Source of the DNA: a virus
Lineage: Duplodnaviria > Heunggongvirae > Uroviricota > Caudoviricetes
Virus record (IMG/VR): IMGVR_UViG_3300029305_002776
Reading direction: 5' to 3' (one strand)
DNA length: 36,886 bases
The notes under the pieces were generated by a model. That model was given only the letters and a program-made list of their open reading frames with translations, ran no database searches and was not told where the DNA came from. The position numbers and the translations under genes are program-made. The first letter of the stretch is position 1. Each line of letters starts with the position of its first letter. This document shows positions 8,146-17,656 of this stretch, piece after piece.

Positions 8146-10195
8146 ACCTCGGTTTCAAATTGTTGAAAACATAAATGATGATGATTTGTTGTCGATTTTT
8201 AATGATGACACTGTAGTTTATGTAAAACCTGGTGTTTATGCAATGTCTGATAGAAAGCTAGAATCTTTAATAAACATCTCAAAAATACAAAAGTATTATC
8301 AATGTAATCCTGTTAGGTTTATTGATGATTTTTTTAATATTACACTTCTTGATGCGCAGGCTTATATTGTTGCAAGAACTTGGAATTGTCCAAATGTAAT
8401 GGTGCTTGCAAGTCGTGCATTTGGTAAAAGTACTGTTATTGACTTGATGCTTATGGCGAAAGACATGCTATTCTGCAATGTTTGGTCTTATATAGCATCA
8501 GGTTCAGGTAGCCAAGCAGAGCAGACATTTATTACGCTTGAACGCATAGCAAATGACGGCATTGATGAAATGAGAAATTCTACAGGTTATATATTTAAAA
8601 ATGAAGTTGAAATTAATAATGCTGCTGGTGATGGATTTAGTCACGGCAACAATGGTTTTAGGTATAGTTTGTATAATGGCTCTTTTACTCAGACGCTAAA
8701 CTCTAATATTGATAAAAAAAGAGGTATGCGTGGCAATGTTATTTTTGATGAGTGTGGTTTCTTGTCAGAAGAAATGCTTGAAGTTTATGGCGCATTCGCT
8801 GCTGTTAACAAAGGCTTCGCATCTGGTAAAGATAGAAATGGTAAAATGATTGACCCAATTAGATTGCGTACTTTTGCTACCAACATACCGAATCAGAAAT
8901 TTTATATTAGTTCTGCGTCAAGCACAGATACTAAATTTTATAGGTTGTATAGAGAATTTGCAAAACGCCAATTAATGGGAGATAGAGATTATTGTGTTGT
9001 ACAAGTTAGTTGTGACATAGTATTAAAGCCCACCATTCATGGCGAAGTGGTTAATGCTCTTTTAAAAAAGAGTGATATAGAAACTGCGGTTAGGACAAAC
9101 CCAGAGAAGGCAAGAAGAGAATATTATTGTGAATTTACTTCCGATGCAGGTAACGAGGCAATTATTAGACGTGGTGTTATAACTAGAAATAGTGAGACAA
9201 GAGTGCCGCTTTTATATAATGACACAAACAAGAAAAAATTTGTTATTTGTTACGACCCTGCTAGAAGTAGAGATAATAGTATTATTACTGTTATGGAAAT
9301 TTATCAAGACGATGACGGTGAATATAGGGGCAGGATTGTAAATTGTATAAATATGATTGACATTAGTAATAAACGACGTGCCCCTATGCAAACTCCAGAT
9401 CAGGTTGATTATTTAAGACAGGTTATATTGGATTATAATGGCAGTGCTCTTGGCTATAGCAATATTGAAGCTGTTTTAATTGATGCTGGTGCTGGTGGTG
9501 CAGGTAAGGTTATTGCAGACATGTTGATGCAAGATTGGACAGACTCAAAAGGAAAAACTCATCGTGGATTAATTGATAAAGAATTAGATAGACAGCTTGC
9601 AACAGGATATACAAAAAAATATCCAAATGCGGTTGATAAGGTTAAACTTATTGAGCCTAGTAAGTTTAAGTCTATTATGTATGAATGTGCAATCGAAGTA
9701 ACAAATAGTAATCTTGTTGATTTTACTGCAGAATATGATAATAAGGGATATTTAACTATATTTCAAACAGATGATGCAGAAACGGCGAAGATAAAGAAAG
9801 AAATAGAAGAGAGACTAAAAAAAGAAAAAATATCTGATGAAGAATTTGCTATTCGATTAAAAGAAGAGTTAAAGAAATCAGCAGTTGTTAAAACTAAAAT
9901 GGTAAAGCTTGACCCATATCAAGAGATTGCTTTAGCAAATATTGATGCTCTAAAAGAAGAGCTTGTTAATATGAGACGTATTAAGCGTGATTCTGGAAAA
10001 GACTCATTTGAGCTAATTCCAGAAAAAGAAGGAAAGCTTCATGATGACCGTGCTTACACTTACATTATGTGTTGCTATCATCTTCATGAAAAGCGTATGT
10101 CAAACATTAGAAGCAAAAAGAAATCAAATAACTTAGATGTCGTAAACATGCTCCCTGTTACAAAGGGAAAAGAATTAGATAAATTTTTTGGTTAG
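8135..10195 (+). CDS. terL: Terminase large subunit (SPbeta YonF-like)
   Basis: Walker A VLASRAFGKST, Walker B VIFDECG, ISSAS, nuclease CYDPARSRDNS and HDDRAYT. RBS gaggagg 8122-8128; start at 8135 or 8138. Confidence 0.92.
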   Translation: MMNKPRFQIVENINDDDLLSIFNDDTVVYVKPGVYAMSDRKLESLINISKIQKYYQCNPVRFIDDFFNITLLDAQAYIVARTWNCPNVMVLASRAFGKSTVIDLMLMAKDMLFCNVWSYIASGSGSQAEQTFITLERIANDGIDEMRNSTGYIFKNEVEINNAAGDGFSHGNNGFRYSLYNGSFTQTLNSNIDKKRGMRGNVIFDECGFLSEEMLEVYGAFAAVNKGFASGKDRNGKMIDPIRLRTFATNIPNQKFYISSASSTDTKFYRLYREFAKRQLMGDRDYCVVQVSCDIVLKPTIHGEVVNALLKKSDIETAVRTNPEKARREYYCEFTSDAGNEAIIRRGVITRNSETRVPLLYNDTNKKKFVICYDPARSRDNSIITVMEIYQDDDGEYRGRIVNCINMIDISNKRRAPMQTPDQVDYLRQVILDYNGSALGYSNIEAVLIDAGAGGAGKVIADMLMQDWTDSKGKTHRGLIDKELDRQLATGYTKKYPNAVDKVKLIEPSKFKSIMYECAIEVTNSNLVDFTAEYDNKGYLTIFQTDDAETAKIKKEIEERLKKEKISDEEFAIRLKEELKKSAVVKTKMVKLDPYQEIALANIDALKEELVNMRRIKRDSGKDSFELIPEKEGKLHDDRAYTYIMCCYHLHEKRMSNIRSKKKSNNLDVVNMLPVTKGKELDKFFG

Positions 10196-10206
10196 AAGGG
10201 AGGTAA

Positions 10207-11724
10207 ATGCTGATGCCTGAAAGAACCACAAAAGAAAAAATTGAATATTTGTCTAAATTAGAGCAACAGCGAGAGGCGTTTGATGCATTAAAGGGCGCTT
10301 TGCAGTTGATTAATCTTGAAAAGAATAAAAACATGACTTCAAGTACATATAGCAAAGAAAATTTAAGATCATATCTAAAGGCCCCTTCTACCGAAACAAA
10401 CCAAAAAAACCTTAGAAAACTGAGTGATTTCTTATATAACATTTCTCATGTTTATAAAAGAATGGTTAAATATAAGGCCGAGCAGATTACTTGTAAGTCA
10501 TGGGTGGCATATCCTTTGCTTAGTATATCAGAAGAAAATGATATAGAGGCAATTAAGCAAGACTATGAAAATGTTTGTCGCATTGTTACAAACATGCATA
10601 TGGAGGCTCAAATATTAAAATTGATGCTAAGAGCATGGAGACATGACGTTGTATATGGATATGTATATGGAGACCCAAGTGGAGATGAAGGATTTTATAT
10701 CCATCCACTAGACCCAGACTATTGCCGTATTTACGGGGCAGATTTTCATAGTGGTGTTCTACATGTAGCTTATGACATGAGCTATTTTAGAACATATCCA
10801 GATGATTTAGAGTATTTTGACAAGGAATTCCAGAAGCTGTATAGGCAATATGAAAGTGATAACATCAAGTGGAAAGAACTTCCAGTTGAAAAGGCTTTTG
10901 GATGGAAAATTAATATTGACAATTTAGATTACCCAATTGTTCCTTTTAGTGGATTATTGGAGGAAATTATCAACTTAGAAGATATGCAGGCAGTCCAAAA
11001 TGTTGTAGATGAGCTTGGAGCCTATAAGATGATTTGGGCAAAGATTCCTACTATTAGCGGATCTAAAGATGTTGATGATTTTGCAATTGACTTAAATCTA
11101 GCAAATGAGTTCTTTAAAAAACTAGTGGCTGCAGCTCCAGATGGAGTTAATTTTGCGCTATCTCCAATGGATTTAGATGTTATTGATTTTAATACTAATT
11201 CCGCAGCTGAGGAGACAAACACCTTAAATAAGGCTTATCAGAACTTAATTGAGACAAATGGTAGCATTGTTTTGAATTCTAATAGAATTACTCATAGCGA
11301 AGCTTTTAAGAAAGCAATGATGGTTGAGTGTATTGATGCAATGAGACCAATTGAGCAAATTAATGCATGGATAAACCTATATTTAAAAAACAATCATGGA
11401 ATTGAAAACTTTATAGTTGAATTTAGTGATGTCAGTCCTTATTTTGTTGAAGACAGAATTAAAACCTTAAAAGAAGCAGGCCAGTATGGTATGCCTGTTA
11501 AGTTAGAGTATGCTTCTTTGTTGAATGTTACACCAATGAAGGAACGTGGTATGGCATTTATGGAGACTGCGCTTGGACTTGGCGTTACGGACTGGATAAG
11601 CCCATTAGTAAGTTCCAACACACAAAATGGTGATCTAGAAAATGGTGATGGCTCAGATGGTGCGCCTGTAAAAGATGATACAGACATCTCTTCTGACGGT
11701 GTTGCAACTAGAGACAAAAAGTAA
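10207..11724 (+). CDS. Portal protein (YonE-like)
   Basis: 505 aa, directly after TerL; IHPLDPDYCRI and YPIVPFSGLL segments. Assigned from size and synteny. Confidence 0.8.
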   Translation: MLMPERTTKEKIEYLSKLEQQREAFDALKGALQLINLEKNKNMTSSTYSKENLRSYLKAPSTETNQKNLRKLSDFLYNISHVYKRMVKYKAEQITCKSWVAYPLLSISEENDIEAIKQDYENVCRIVTNMHMEAQILKLMLRAWRHDVVYGYVYGDPSGDEGFYIHPLDPDYCRIYGADFHSGVLHVAYDMSYFRTYPDDLEYFDKEFQKLYRQYESDNIKWKELPVEKAFGWKINIDNLDYPIVPFSGLLEEIINLEDMQAVQNVVDELGAYKMIWAKIPTISGSKDVDDFAIDLNLANEFFKKLVAAAPDGVNFALSPMDLDVIDFNTNSAAEETNTLNKAYQNLIETNGSIVLNSNRITHSEAFKKAMMVECIDAMRPIEQINAWINLYLKNNHGIENFIVEFSDVSPYFVEDRIKTLKEAGQYGMPVKLEYASLLNVTPMKERGMAFMETALGLGVTDWISPLVSSNTQNGDLENGDGSDGAPVKDDTDISSDGVATRDKK

Positions 11725-11742
11725 CATACAAGGGTGATATAA

Positions 11743-11922
11743 ATGAACAAGAAATTTATTATTGTTAATGACAAGTCAACTGCTGATAAATTAATTGCGG
11801 CTGGCTTTATTTTATTGTCTCAAATTGGAGGCACATATACATTTCAGAATGACCAAAAAAAGCTCAATTTCGCAGGCGTGGAAAAGGGTAAAATGGTTTA
11901 TTCAAATGTTCTAAGTTTATAA
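11743..11922 (+). CDS. 59-aa small protein absent from the ORF track, weakly DUF5659-like
   Basis: agggtg RBS then MNKKFIIVNDKSTADKLIAAGFILLSQIGGTYTFQND...VLSL*; fills the portal-protease gap. Confidence 0.65.
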   Translation: MNKKFIIVNDKSTADKLIAAGFILLSQIGGTYTFQNDQKKLNFAGVEKGKMVYSNVLSL

Positions 11923-11972
11923 TCTCTCATATTGGGAGTTTGTAATAATCCTTGAAAGAAAGGAGGACGAAT

Positions 11973-13607
11973 ATGGCTAAGAAAATTATGACACTTGATA
12001 ACTTATATAAGTTTTTTGTTGAACAAAATGTATCTTGTAATTTCAGTTCCAAAGACGCTGGCAAACCAATTGTTGTTACAACTAATGGACTTTTTGCAAA
12101 AGAGCAAAATGATGATATGCCAGGGATGTTAAAGCTTAAATTAAAGAATTGTCATATAGACACCAATAGAAATGGTTCAAACATTTCTAAGGAAAACATG
12201 GAAAAAGCAATGCCAACACTGAAGTATCGACCAATTCTTGCATATATTCATGAGTTGCCAGATGGTACAAAGGATTTTTATGCCCATAATATGGAGCTGG
12301 TTGAAGACAAAGATGGTGAAGCACAGATTGTTTATTTAGAAAAACAGGTTGGCTGTTTTACCGCAGATGACCCATGGCTTGAGTACGATGAAGATATGGA
12401 CAAAACATATGTTATGGCATATGCAGTTATCCCTGAAGATTATACAGATGCAGCAGACATCATTCGTAGAAAGAATGGTACTAAAGTTAGTACAGAGCTT
12501 GTAATCAATGAGCTTTCGTATAATGCAAAAGAAAAATATCTTGACCTTATTGACTTTTATTTTGGTGGAACTACCTTACTTGGTTCCGACGAAGATGGTA
12601 ATGAAATTGGTGAAGGTATGCTTGGTTCAAGAGCAGACATTTCTGACTTCTGTCACAAAGAGCCTGTATTTGTATATCAAGACAAATTGATTGAAGTTTT
12701 AGATAAGCTAAATGTTACCTTATCTAACTTTAATATAAAACAATCTGAAGAGGAAGGAGGAGACGAAGAGATGAACAAGTTTGAGGAGCTTTTAGCACAA
12801 TACAATAAGACTACTGAGGATATTACTTTCGAAGTAGAGGGTCTTACTGATGAAGAGCTAGAGGCAAAATTCAAGGAGGCTTTCGAGGAAACTGAAGAAG
12901 TTGAAACCGAAGAGGTTGAGACAGAGGAAGTTGAAGTTGTTGCCGAGGAAGAGGAAACTGTAATTGAGAATTCTTCCGAATCTGATGATGGTGACGAAAC
13001 CCCAGCAGAAGAGAAGTTTACTAAGACCTTCTCTGTTGAACTATCCCATGATGACATTCGCTATGCATTATATAATTTAATTGGTATTTATGAAGAAGCA
13101 GATAATGAGTGGTATGGAATTTATGAAGTTTATAACTCTTATTTCATTATGCAGGGTTGGTGTAATGGAAAGTTCTACAAGCAGGGATATTCTGTTGATG
13201 GTGAAGATGTTTCTTTAAGTGGCGAAAGACAAGAAGTATTTATGATGCTACTTACTGAGAGTGAGAAGCTTGAAATTGAGGATATGAGAAGTAATTATTC
13301 TGCACTAAAAGAATTTAAGGATAATTATGATGCCAATCAAATTCAGACTCAAAAAAATGAAGTGCTATCTCGTGAAGAATATGCTGAAATTGTTGAGACT
13401 GATGAATTTAAGGCTCTAGTGTCTGATATGGACAAGTATTCTGTTAATGAACTTGAGGTTAAGTGCGACTTGTTATTCGCTGCGCACGAAAAAGCAAAGC
13501 ATAAGAACTTTGCTGCACAAAATGGCGGAGAAAAGAAAACCGCTATGGTATTTAGCGTCTCTACTGTTGATGAGACAAACAAGAAGCCCTATGGGGATTT
13601 ATTTTGA
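11973..13607 (+). CDS. Prohead protease/scaffold protein (YonD-like)
   Basis: N-terminal NCHIDTNRNGS...KVSTEL protease-like half, then an acidic scaffold-like half. RBS aaggagg before ATG 11973. Confidence 0.78.
   Translation: MAKKIMTLDNLYKFFVEQNVSCNFSSKDAGKPIVVTTNGLFAKEQNDDMPGMLKLKLKNCHIDTNRNGSNISKENMEKAMPTLKYRPILAYIHELPDGTKDFYAHNMELVEDKDGEAQIVYLEKQVGCFTADDPWLEYDEDMDKTYVMAYAVIPEDYTDAADIIRRKNGTKVSTELVINELSYNAKEKYLDLIDFYFGGTTLLGSDEDGNEIGEGMLGSRADISDFCHKEPVFVYQDKLIEVLDKLNVTLSNFNIKQSEEEGGDEEMNKFEELLAQYNKTTEDITFEVEGLTDEELEAKFKEAFEETEEVETEEVETEEVEVVAEEEETVIENSSESDDGDETPAEEKFTKTFSVELSHDDIRYALYNLIGIYEEADNEWYGIYEVYNSYFIMQGWCNGKFYKQGYSVDGEDVSLSGERQEVFMMLLTESEKLEIEDMRSNYSALKEFKDNYDANQIQTQKNEVLSREEYAEIVETDEFKALVSDMDKYSVNELEVKCDLLFAAHEKAKHKNFAAQNGGEKKTAMVFSVSTVDETNKKPYGDLF
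12886..12957 (+). repeat. Imperfect 15-bp repeats encoding (ETEEV)n
   Basis: EETEEVETEEVETEEVEVVAEEEET in the scaffold region. Confidence 0.7.
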
Positions 13608-13635
13608 TTAAAAATTTATAAGGAGGAAATAAATT

Positions 13636-14112
13636 ATGGCACAGGATTTAATGAATAGACACTGGGTAGCCGAGATCTCTCGTGTTGCCGCTGTTTATGG
13701 CACTGGACACATTCTATCTGGTGAGATGGACAAAGATCGTGATAATGGCGAGTTAGTCGCTATTGGTGATTACAAAGAGGGCGAGTACTACACTGTTGGT
13801 GCTTTCTCTGGTGAGTTTAAGGCGAAGGTAATTGAAATTGTTTACAACATGAACCAAACTATGGTTCGTTTTGAGATGCAGGAAGATTGTGACGCTTATT
13901 TTGTACACAATCCTGAGTTAATGCAGAATGACTTCCTAAAGATTTATCAGGAGACTTTTAACTATTACAATGAAGCTGGCTCTCGTGCAAGAATGTATCC
14001 TATGGTTAAGCATGACGTTTTCACTGTTTCTGTTGACGCTTTTGGCGGTCAGGTTCCTGCTATTGGCGCTGATGTAACTTGGTCTGAAGACGCTGGCTAC
14101 ACTGCAGCTTAA
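13636..14112 (+). CDS. Capsid decoration/minor head protein (YonC-like)
   Basis: 158 aa, between the protease and the MCP; codon usage typical of a highly expressed gene. Confidence 0.65.
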   Translation: MAQDLMNRHWVAEISRVAAVYGTGHILSGEMDKDRDNGELVAIGDYKEGEYYTVGAFSGEFKAKVIEIVYNMNQTMVRFEMQEDCDAYFVHNPELMQNDFLKIYQETFNYYNEAGSRARMYPMVKHDVFTVSVDAFGGQVPAIGADVTWSEDAGYTAA

Positions 14113-14144
14113 TTGTAATATAACGAAAGGAGGAAATATTAATT

Positions 14145-15251
14145 ATGGCTAATTTTATGAAATTTGATCACACTGTAAGAAGTGCTTTTAATGATGATGC
14201 AACTCAGTTTGCTAATTTCCAGGCACTACTAGTTGACGCTGCTCGTAAGCAGGTTAAAGAATATTCCGCTCAGGAAGCTAATGATAAGATTGTTGAGAAG
14301 TTCAAGGCCGCTCTAGGTATTGAAGATGGTGATCGTGCCCCTCAGATTAGAAGAGCTATTCGTGCTAATCAGTCTCTAGTTTTCACTATCATTGAGGAAA
14401 CCGTTGAGGAAATGATTATCACTGGTTGGATGAGCAATCCTTTCTTTATGGAGTATGTTGACACCAAGAACCTAGCTCTGGGTGATACCAACGACTTCTA
14501 TGTTGGTGACGACTCCATTCTAAGCGTATCTAAGGTTTCTGGCAACCATCACAACATGATTCGTCAGAGACTAGGCGCTGGCCGTCACTTTGCTGTTACC
14601 ACTGAGTGGTTCGGCTTAAAGATCTACAGCGACTTTGAAAGAGTTCTAACTGGCGCTGAGGACTGGGCAAGCTTCGTTATGAAGGTTTCCGAGGCCGTCA
14701 ACCGTTATCTATATGATGCTCTATATGCTTCTCTAAGAGGTGCAAAGGACAATCTAGGCGCTAACTGGGTTAAGTCTGGTGCTCTAGATACTGCTAACAA
14801 GGCCACTCTAGTTAAGCTATGCCAGGACATTTCTATGGCTACTGGTTCTGAGGTTACCATTTTTGGTGCTCGTTCCGCTCTATCTTCTCTAAGTGCTATG
14901 GCTGATGTAAACTGGGCTCCTGAGAGCGTTAAGCAGGAGTACTATAGCAATGGTGGTGTTCTAGGTAACTGGGAAGGCTTCAAGGTTGCTGAGATTGGTC
15001 AGGGTCTAAAGCGTGGCGCTTCTATCAACAGCGCTTCTGTCGAGTACATGCTAGACACTGACAGACTATACATCATTCCTACCGACGTTGCTAACAAGTT
15101 TATTAAGGTTGTTAACGAGGGTGACACTCAGATTTCTCAGGTTACCGACAAGGACACCAACAGAGACATGAGCTACGAATACGAGATGCTCTTCAAGATG
15201 GGTATCGCTGTTATTCTAAACACAGTCTTTGGCGTTTGGGAAATCATCTAA
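14145..15251 (+). CDS. Major capsid protein (YonB-like)
   Basis: 368 aa; position after protease and decoration genes; strongest codon bias in the window; strong RBS aaggagg. Confidence 0.82.
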   Translation: MANFMKFDHTVRSAFNDDATQFANFQALLVDAARKQVKEYSAQEANDKIVEKFKAALGIEDGDRAPQIRRAIRANQSLVFTIIEETVEEMIITGWMSNPFFMEYVDTKNLALGDTNDFYVGDDSILSVSKVSGNHHNMIRQRLGAGRHFAVTTEWFGLKIYSDFERVLTGAEDWASFVMKVSEAVNRYLYDALYASLRGAKDNLGANWVKSGALDTANKATLVKLCQDISMATGSEVTIFGARSALSSLSAMADVNWAPESVKQEYYSNGGVLGNWEGFKVAEIGQGLKRGASINSASVEYMLDTDRLYIIPTDVANKFIKVVNEGDTQISQVTDKDTNRDMSYEYEMLFKMGIAVILNTVFGVWEII

Positions 15252-15287
15252 TTTAATTATACAAGGATATAAAAGGAGAAATTTATT

Positions 15288-15839
15288 ATGGGAAACACAA
15301 AAAAGGCAACAGTTGTTGATGATGAAGTTATGGATGAGTTAATTGAAAAAGTTCAGGAAGCTCCAAAGCCTAAGAAGGTAAATAAGCCTAAGCATGACCC
15401 AAGTGAACTAATTCCATGTAGAAGTGTTCGTTTTGGGGAACTTAGATTGATTGGCCCAAAGACTCGTATGCCTTATAGCTGGGCAAATGAAGGAGACTAT
15501 AGAGATGTTGAGTATCAAGATCTTGTGTCTTGGAAAGCGCTACATTCTCCTTATTTGTATGAGCCAATGATTATCATTGAAGATGAGGATATTCGTGAAG
15601 AGTGGAAAGCAGACCTTGGCAAGCTTTATGATGAGCTTGAGGAAGTTGATTTGAAGGCAATGTTTAAGCTGCCTTTGAGACAATTTGTATCTCAGTTAAA
15701 GAGACTCCCAGATGGAATGAAGACAACTGTTCAAAACATGGCATATTCAGGCATTAAGGATGGCTCTCTTTATGACCTAAGAATTATTAAGGCAATGGAT
15801 GAGCATCTTGGCACAGAATTAATGATGATGATTCAGTAA
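15288..15839 (+). CDS. Hypothetical head-module protein (YonA-like position)
   Basis: ORF with RBS aaggag directly after the MCP. Confidence 0.6.
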   Translation: MGNTKKATVVDDEVMDELIEKVQEAPKPKKVNKPKHDPSELIPCRSVRFGELRLIGPKTRMPYSWANEGDYRDVEYQDLVSWKALHSPYLYEPMIIIEDEDIREEWKADLGKLYDELEEVDLKAMFKLPLRQFVSQLKRLPDGMKTTVQNMAYSGIKDGSLYDLRIIKAMDEHLGTELMMMIQ

Positions 15840-15856
15840 AACGGAGGTGACCATTT

Positions 15857-16163
15857 ATGGCAACTCCATATGAAAAAATTTATGACAGGGCATTGGCTAA
15901 GTTGACTGATTATGACTTAGCCTTTTTGCCTGATGATGACTTCCGACTTATGCTTCGTGGTTGGTTAAATAGTTCAATTTCTAAATTTAGAAAATGTGCA
16001 TCTGATTTAACTGACAGAGATGATGAGTTGGAAGTTTTTAATGTTGATTTGGTTGATGAAGAGATTGAAATTCTTGCGATACTTATGGTTTGTGAATGGT
16101 TAGAGCCACAGGTTAATTCTGTGACTCTTACCCATCAACTTTTTGGTGGAAAAGAAGAAAAAT
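15857..16163 (+). CDS. Head-tail connector/neck protein, exon 1
   Basis: MATPYEKIYDRAL...DEEIEILAILMVCEWLEPQ...GGKEEK. The spliced product is 140 aa (exon 2 at 17218-17333). Confidence 0.78.
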
Positions 16164-16355
16164 TGTGGCAATATTTTGCTCACAGTTCGCTATGATTGGA
16201 AACGACATAGTGTATTCCTTCGAATTGCTGGAAACTCCTTAGAGCTGTCTTGCTACAACGTGGGCTGTAAGGCCGAGCGTGAATGCTTGAAAAGTAGACA
16301 GATTGGACAATCAGCAGCCAAGTTTCAGTATTTATTTTGGTAATTTTGTAAATTT

Positions 16356-16370
16356 ACAACACAAAATTAT
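16356..16370 (+). promoter_or_regulatory. Conserved motif copy 4 (ACAACACAAAATTAT) inside intron 2
   Basis: One mismatch to consensus. Lies in the P6 extension about 180 nt upstream of the endonuclease start. Confidence 0.5.
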
Positions 16371-16548
16371 TGAAATATAATATGAATGCTGAAAAAGGTT
16401 CAACGACTATCGGCTGAAATGCCGTTAGGGGGAAGTCCCCCGAAGTGAAGGACTCCTAAGTTTACAGAGAAAGTAAATATGGTGAATGATATAGTCTATG
16501 CTACGTTGAAAGATGTAGAAAAATTATTTATCAAGGAGGTGAAACTCA

Positions 16549-17193
16549 ATGGAGGATAAAATTTGTGGAATTTATATGATTAAAAATAAAATCAGTAATG
16601 AAGTTTATATTGGTCAGGCAATTGATATTTATAACAGATGGAAAAGACATCTGAATGAGTTGTCTAGTCAATGTCACTATAATAAACATTTGCAACGCTC
16701 ATGGGACAAGTATGGCGAAGATAATTTTGAATTTAGTATTATTGAAGTGTGTAACGAAGACGAATTAAATATCAAAGAAATTTATTGGATAGCAAAAAAT
16801 GATTCGTTTTATAATGGATATAATCAGACAAAAGGCGGAGACGGAATACGGGGCTATAAACATAGTGATGAAGCCAGACAAAAAATTAGTCAAAGTGTAT
16901 CTGGAGAAAAAAATTATTTTTATGACACACACTTGTACGGAGAAAAAAATGGATTTTATGGAGACCACAGATTTTCTGGAAAAAATCATCCTCGATGCCG
17001 TGCAATATACTGTTATGAGCTAGATGAGTTCTTTTGGGGAGCAAAGGAAGCTCAAGATAAATATGGTATATATAAAGCTGATATAGCAAAATGTTGCAAA
17101 GGCAAACTTAAGTCAGCAGGAAAGCATCCTGTTACTGGAGAAAAACTTCATTGGGTTTACACCGACGAAATAGATAATTCTTCTGTTGCGTAA
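16549..17193 (+). CDS. Intron-encoded GIY-YIG homing endonuclease with NUMOD3 and NUMOD1-like domains
   Basis: CGIYMIKN...VYIGQAIDIYNRWKRH; YKHSDEARQKIS; DIAKCCKGK. RBS aaggaggtg. Inserted in the P9 region, downstream of S. Confidence 0.92.
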   Translation: MEDKICGIYMIKNKISNEVYIGQAIDIYNRWKRHLNELSSQCHYNKHLQRSWDKYGEDNFEFSIIEVCNEDELNIKEIYWIAKNDSFYNGYNQTKGGDGIRGYKHSDEARQKISQSVSGEKNYFYDTHLYGEKNGFYGDHRFSGKNHPRCRAIYCYELDEFFWGAKEAQDKYGIYKADIAKCCKGKLKSAGKHPVTGEKLHWVYTDEIDNSSVA

Positions 17194-17217
17194 CGAACAA
17201 CAGAAGTAATATTACAG

Positions 17218-17333
17218 ATTACAGTCAGTCAAGTCATTTAGCGGAACTAAAAGCTCTCAGGGACGATACTCGTACCGAAGCTAGAAAACTAATGCGTGAT
17301 TACACTTACGCAAATTCGAGTTATTTTGATTAA
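17218..17333 (+). CDS. Head-tail connector/neck protein, exon 2
   Basis: YSQSSHLAELKALRDDTRTEARKLMRDYTYANSSYFD*; has no start codon of its own and is in frame only after splicing. Confidence 0.8.
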
Positions 17334-17344
17334 GGCGGTGTTGT

Positions 17345-17656
17345 ATGGTGATTTACAAATATGGCACTCTGCCTTCATATCAAATACATGAAGAAAAAAT
17401 ACGTCTACAGGGGGCGATTTATAAATTGCTTCCCTACAAAGAAGACGCATATGAATTCCTTGACCAATATTTTGTTTCAATTCTTCAGCGTATTAATGGA
17501 TTAAATAGCTTATTCATGTATCAAGCAAAAATGTTAACTCTTATGAGTATATTAGAATATGCACGTGGAGAAGATGATTTTAAAAAATATAGAAAGGCTA
17601 TTTTGGACGCATGTGCTCTAGTTGATGAAATTGAGGAAGGTGATTCCAATGTTTGA
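17345..17656 (+). CDS. Hypothetical neck-region protein
   Basis: 103-aa ORF with RBS aaggcggtg; overlaps the next gene. Confidence 0.65.
   Translation: MVIYKYGTLPSYQIHEEKIRLQGAIYKLLPYKEDAYEFLDQYFVSILQRINGLNSLFMYQAKMLTLMSILEYARGEDDFKKYRKAILDACALVDEIEEGDSNV

Larger units (their letters stand above)
16164..17217 (+). mobile_element. Group I self-splicing intron 2 in the neck gene
   Basis: P1: AAT|TGTGGCAA...TTGC(T)CACAGTT with U16163.G16185 wobble. P: gaattgctggaaa. Q: aatcagcagccaag 16309-16322. R: ggttcaacgactat 16397-16410. S: gatatagtct. Terminal G17217. Splicing gives KEEK-Y-YSQ. Confidence 0.92.

Noticed and set aside
9770-9900. Charged helical insertion in TerL as a possible intein
   Set aside because: No C/S start, HN end or LAGLIDADG blocks. 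It looks like a simple Lys/Glu-rich insertion.
15857-16343. 112-aa ORF 15857-16195 and 66-aa ORF 16143-16343 as real genes or a frameshift pair
   Set aside because: Both run into the structured core of intron 2. Splicing explains the break.
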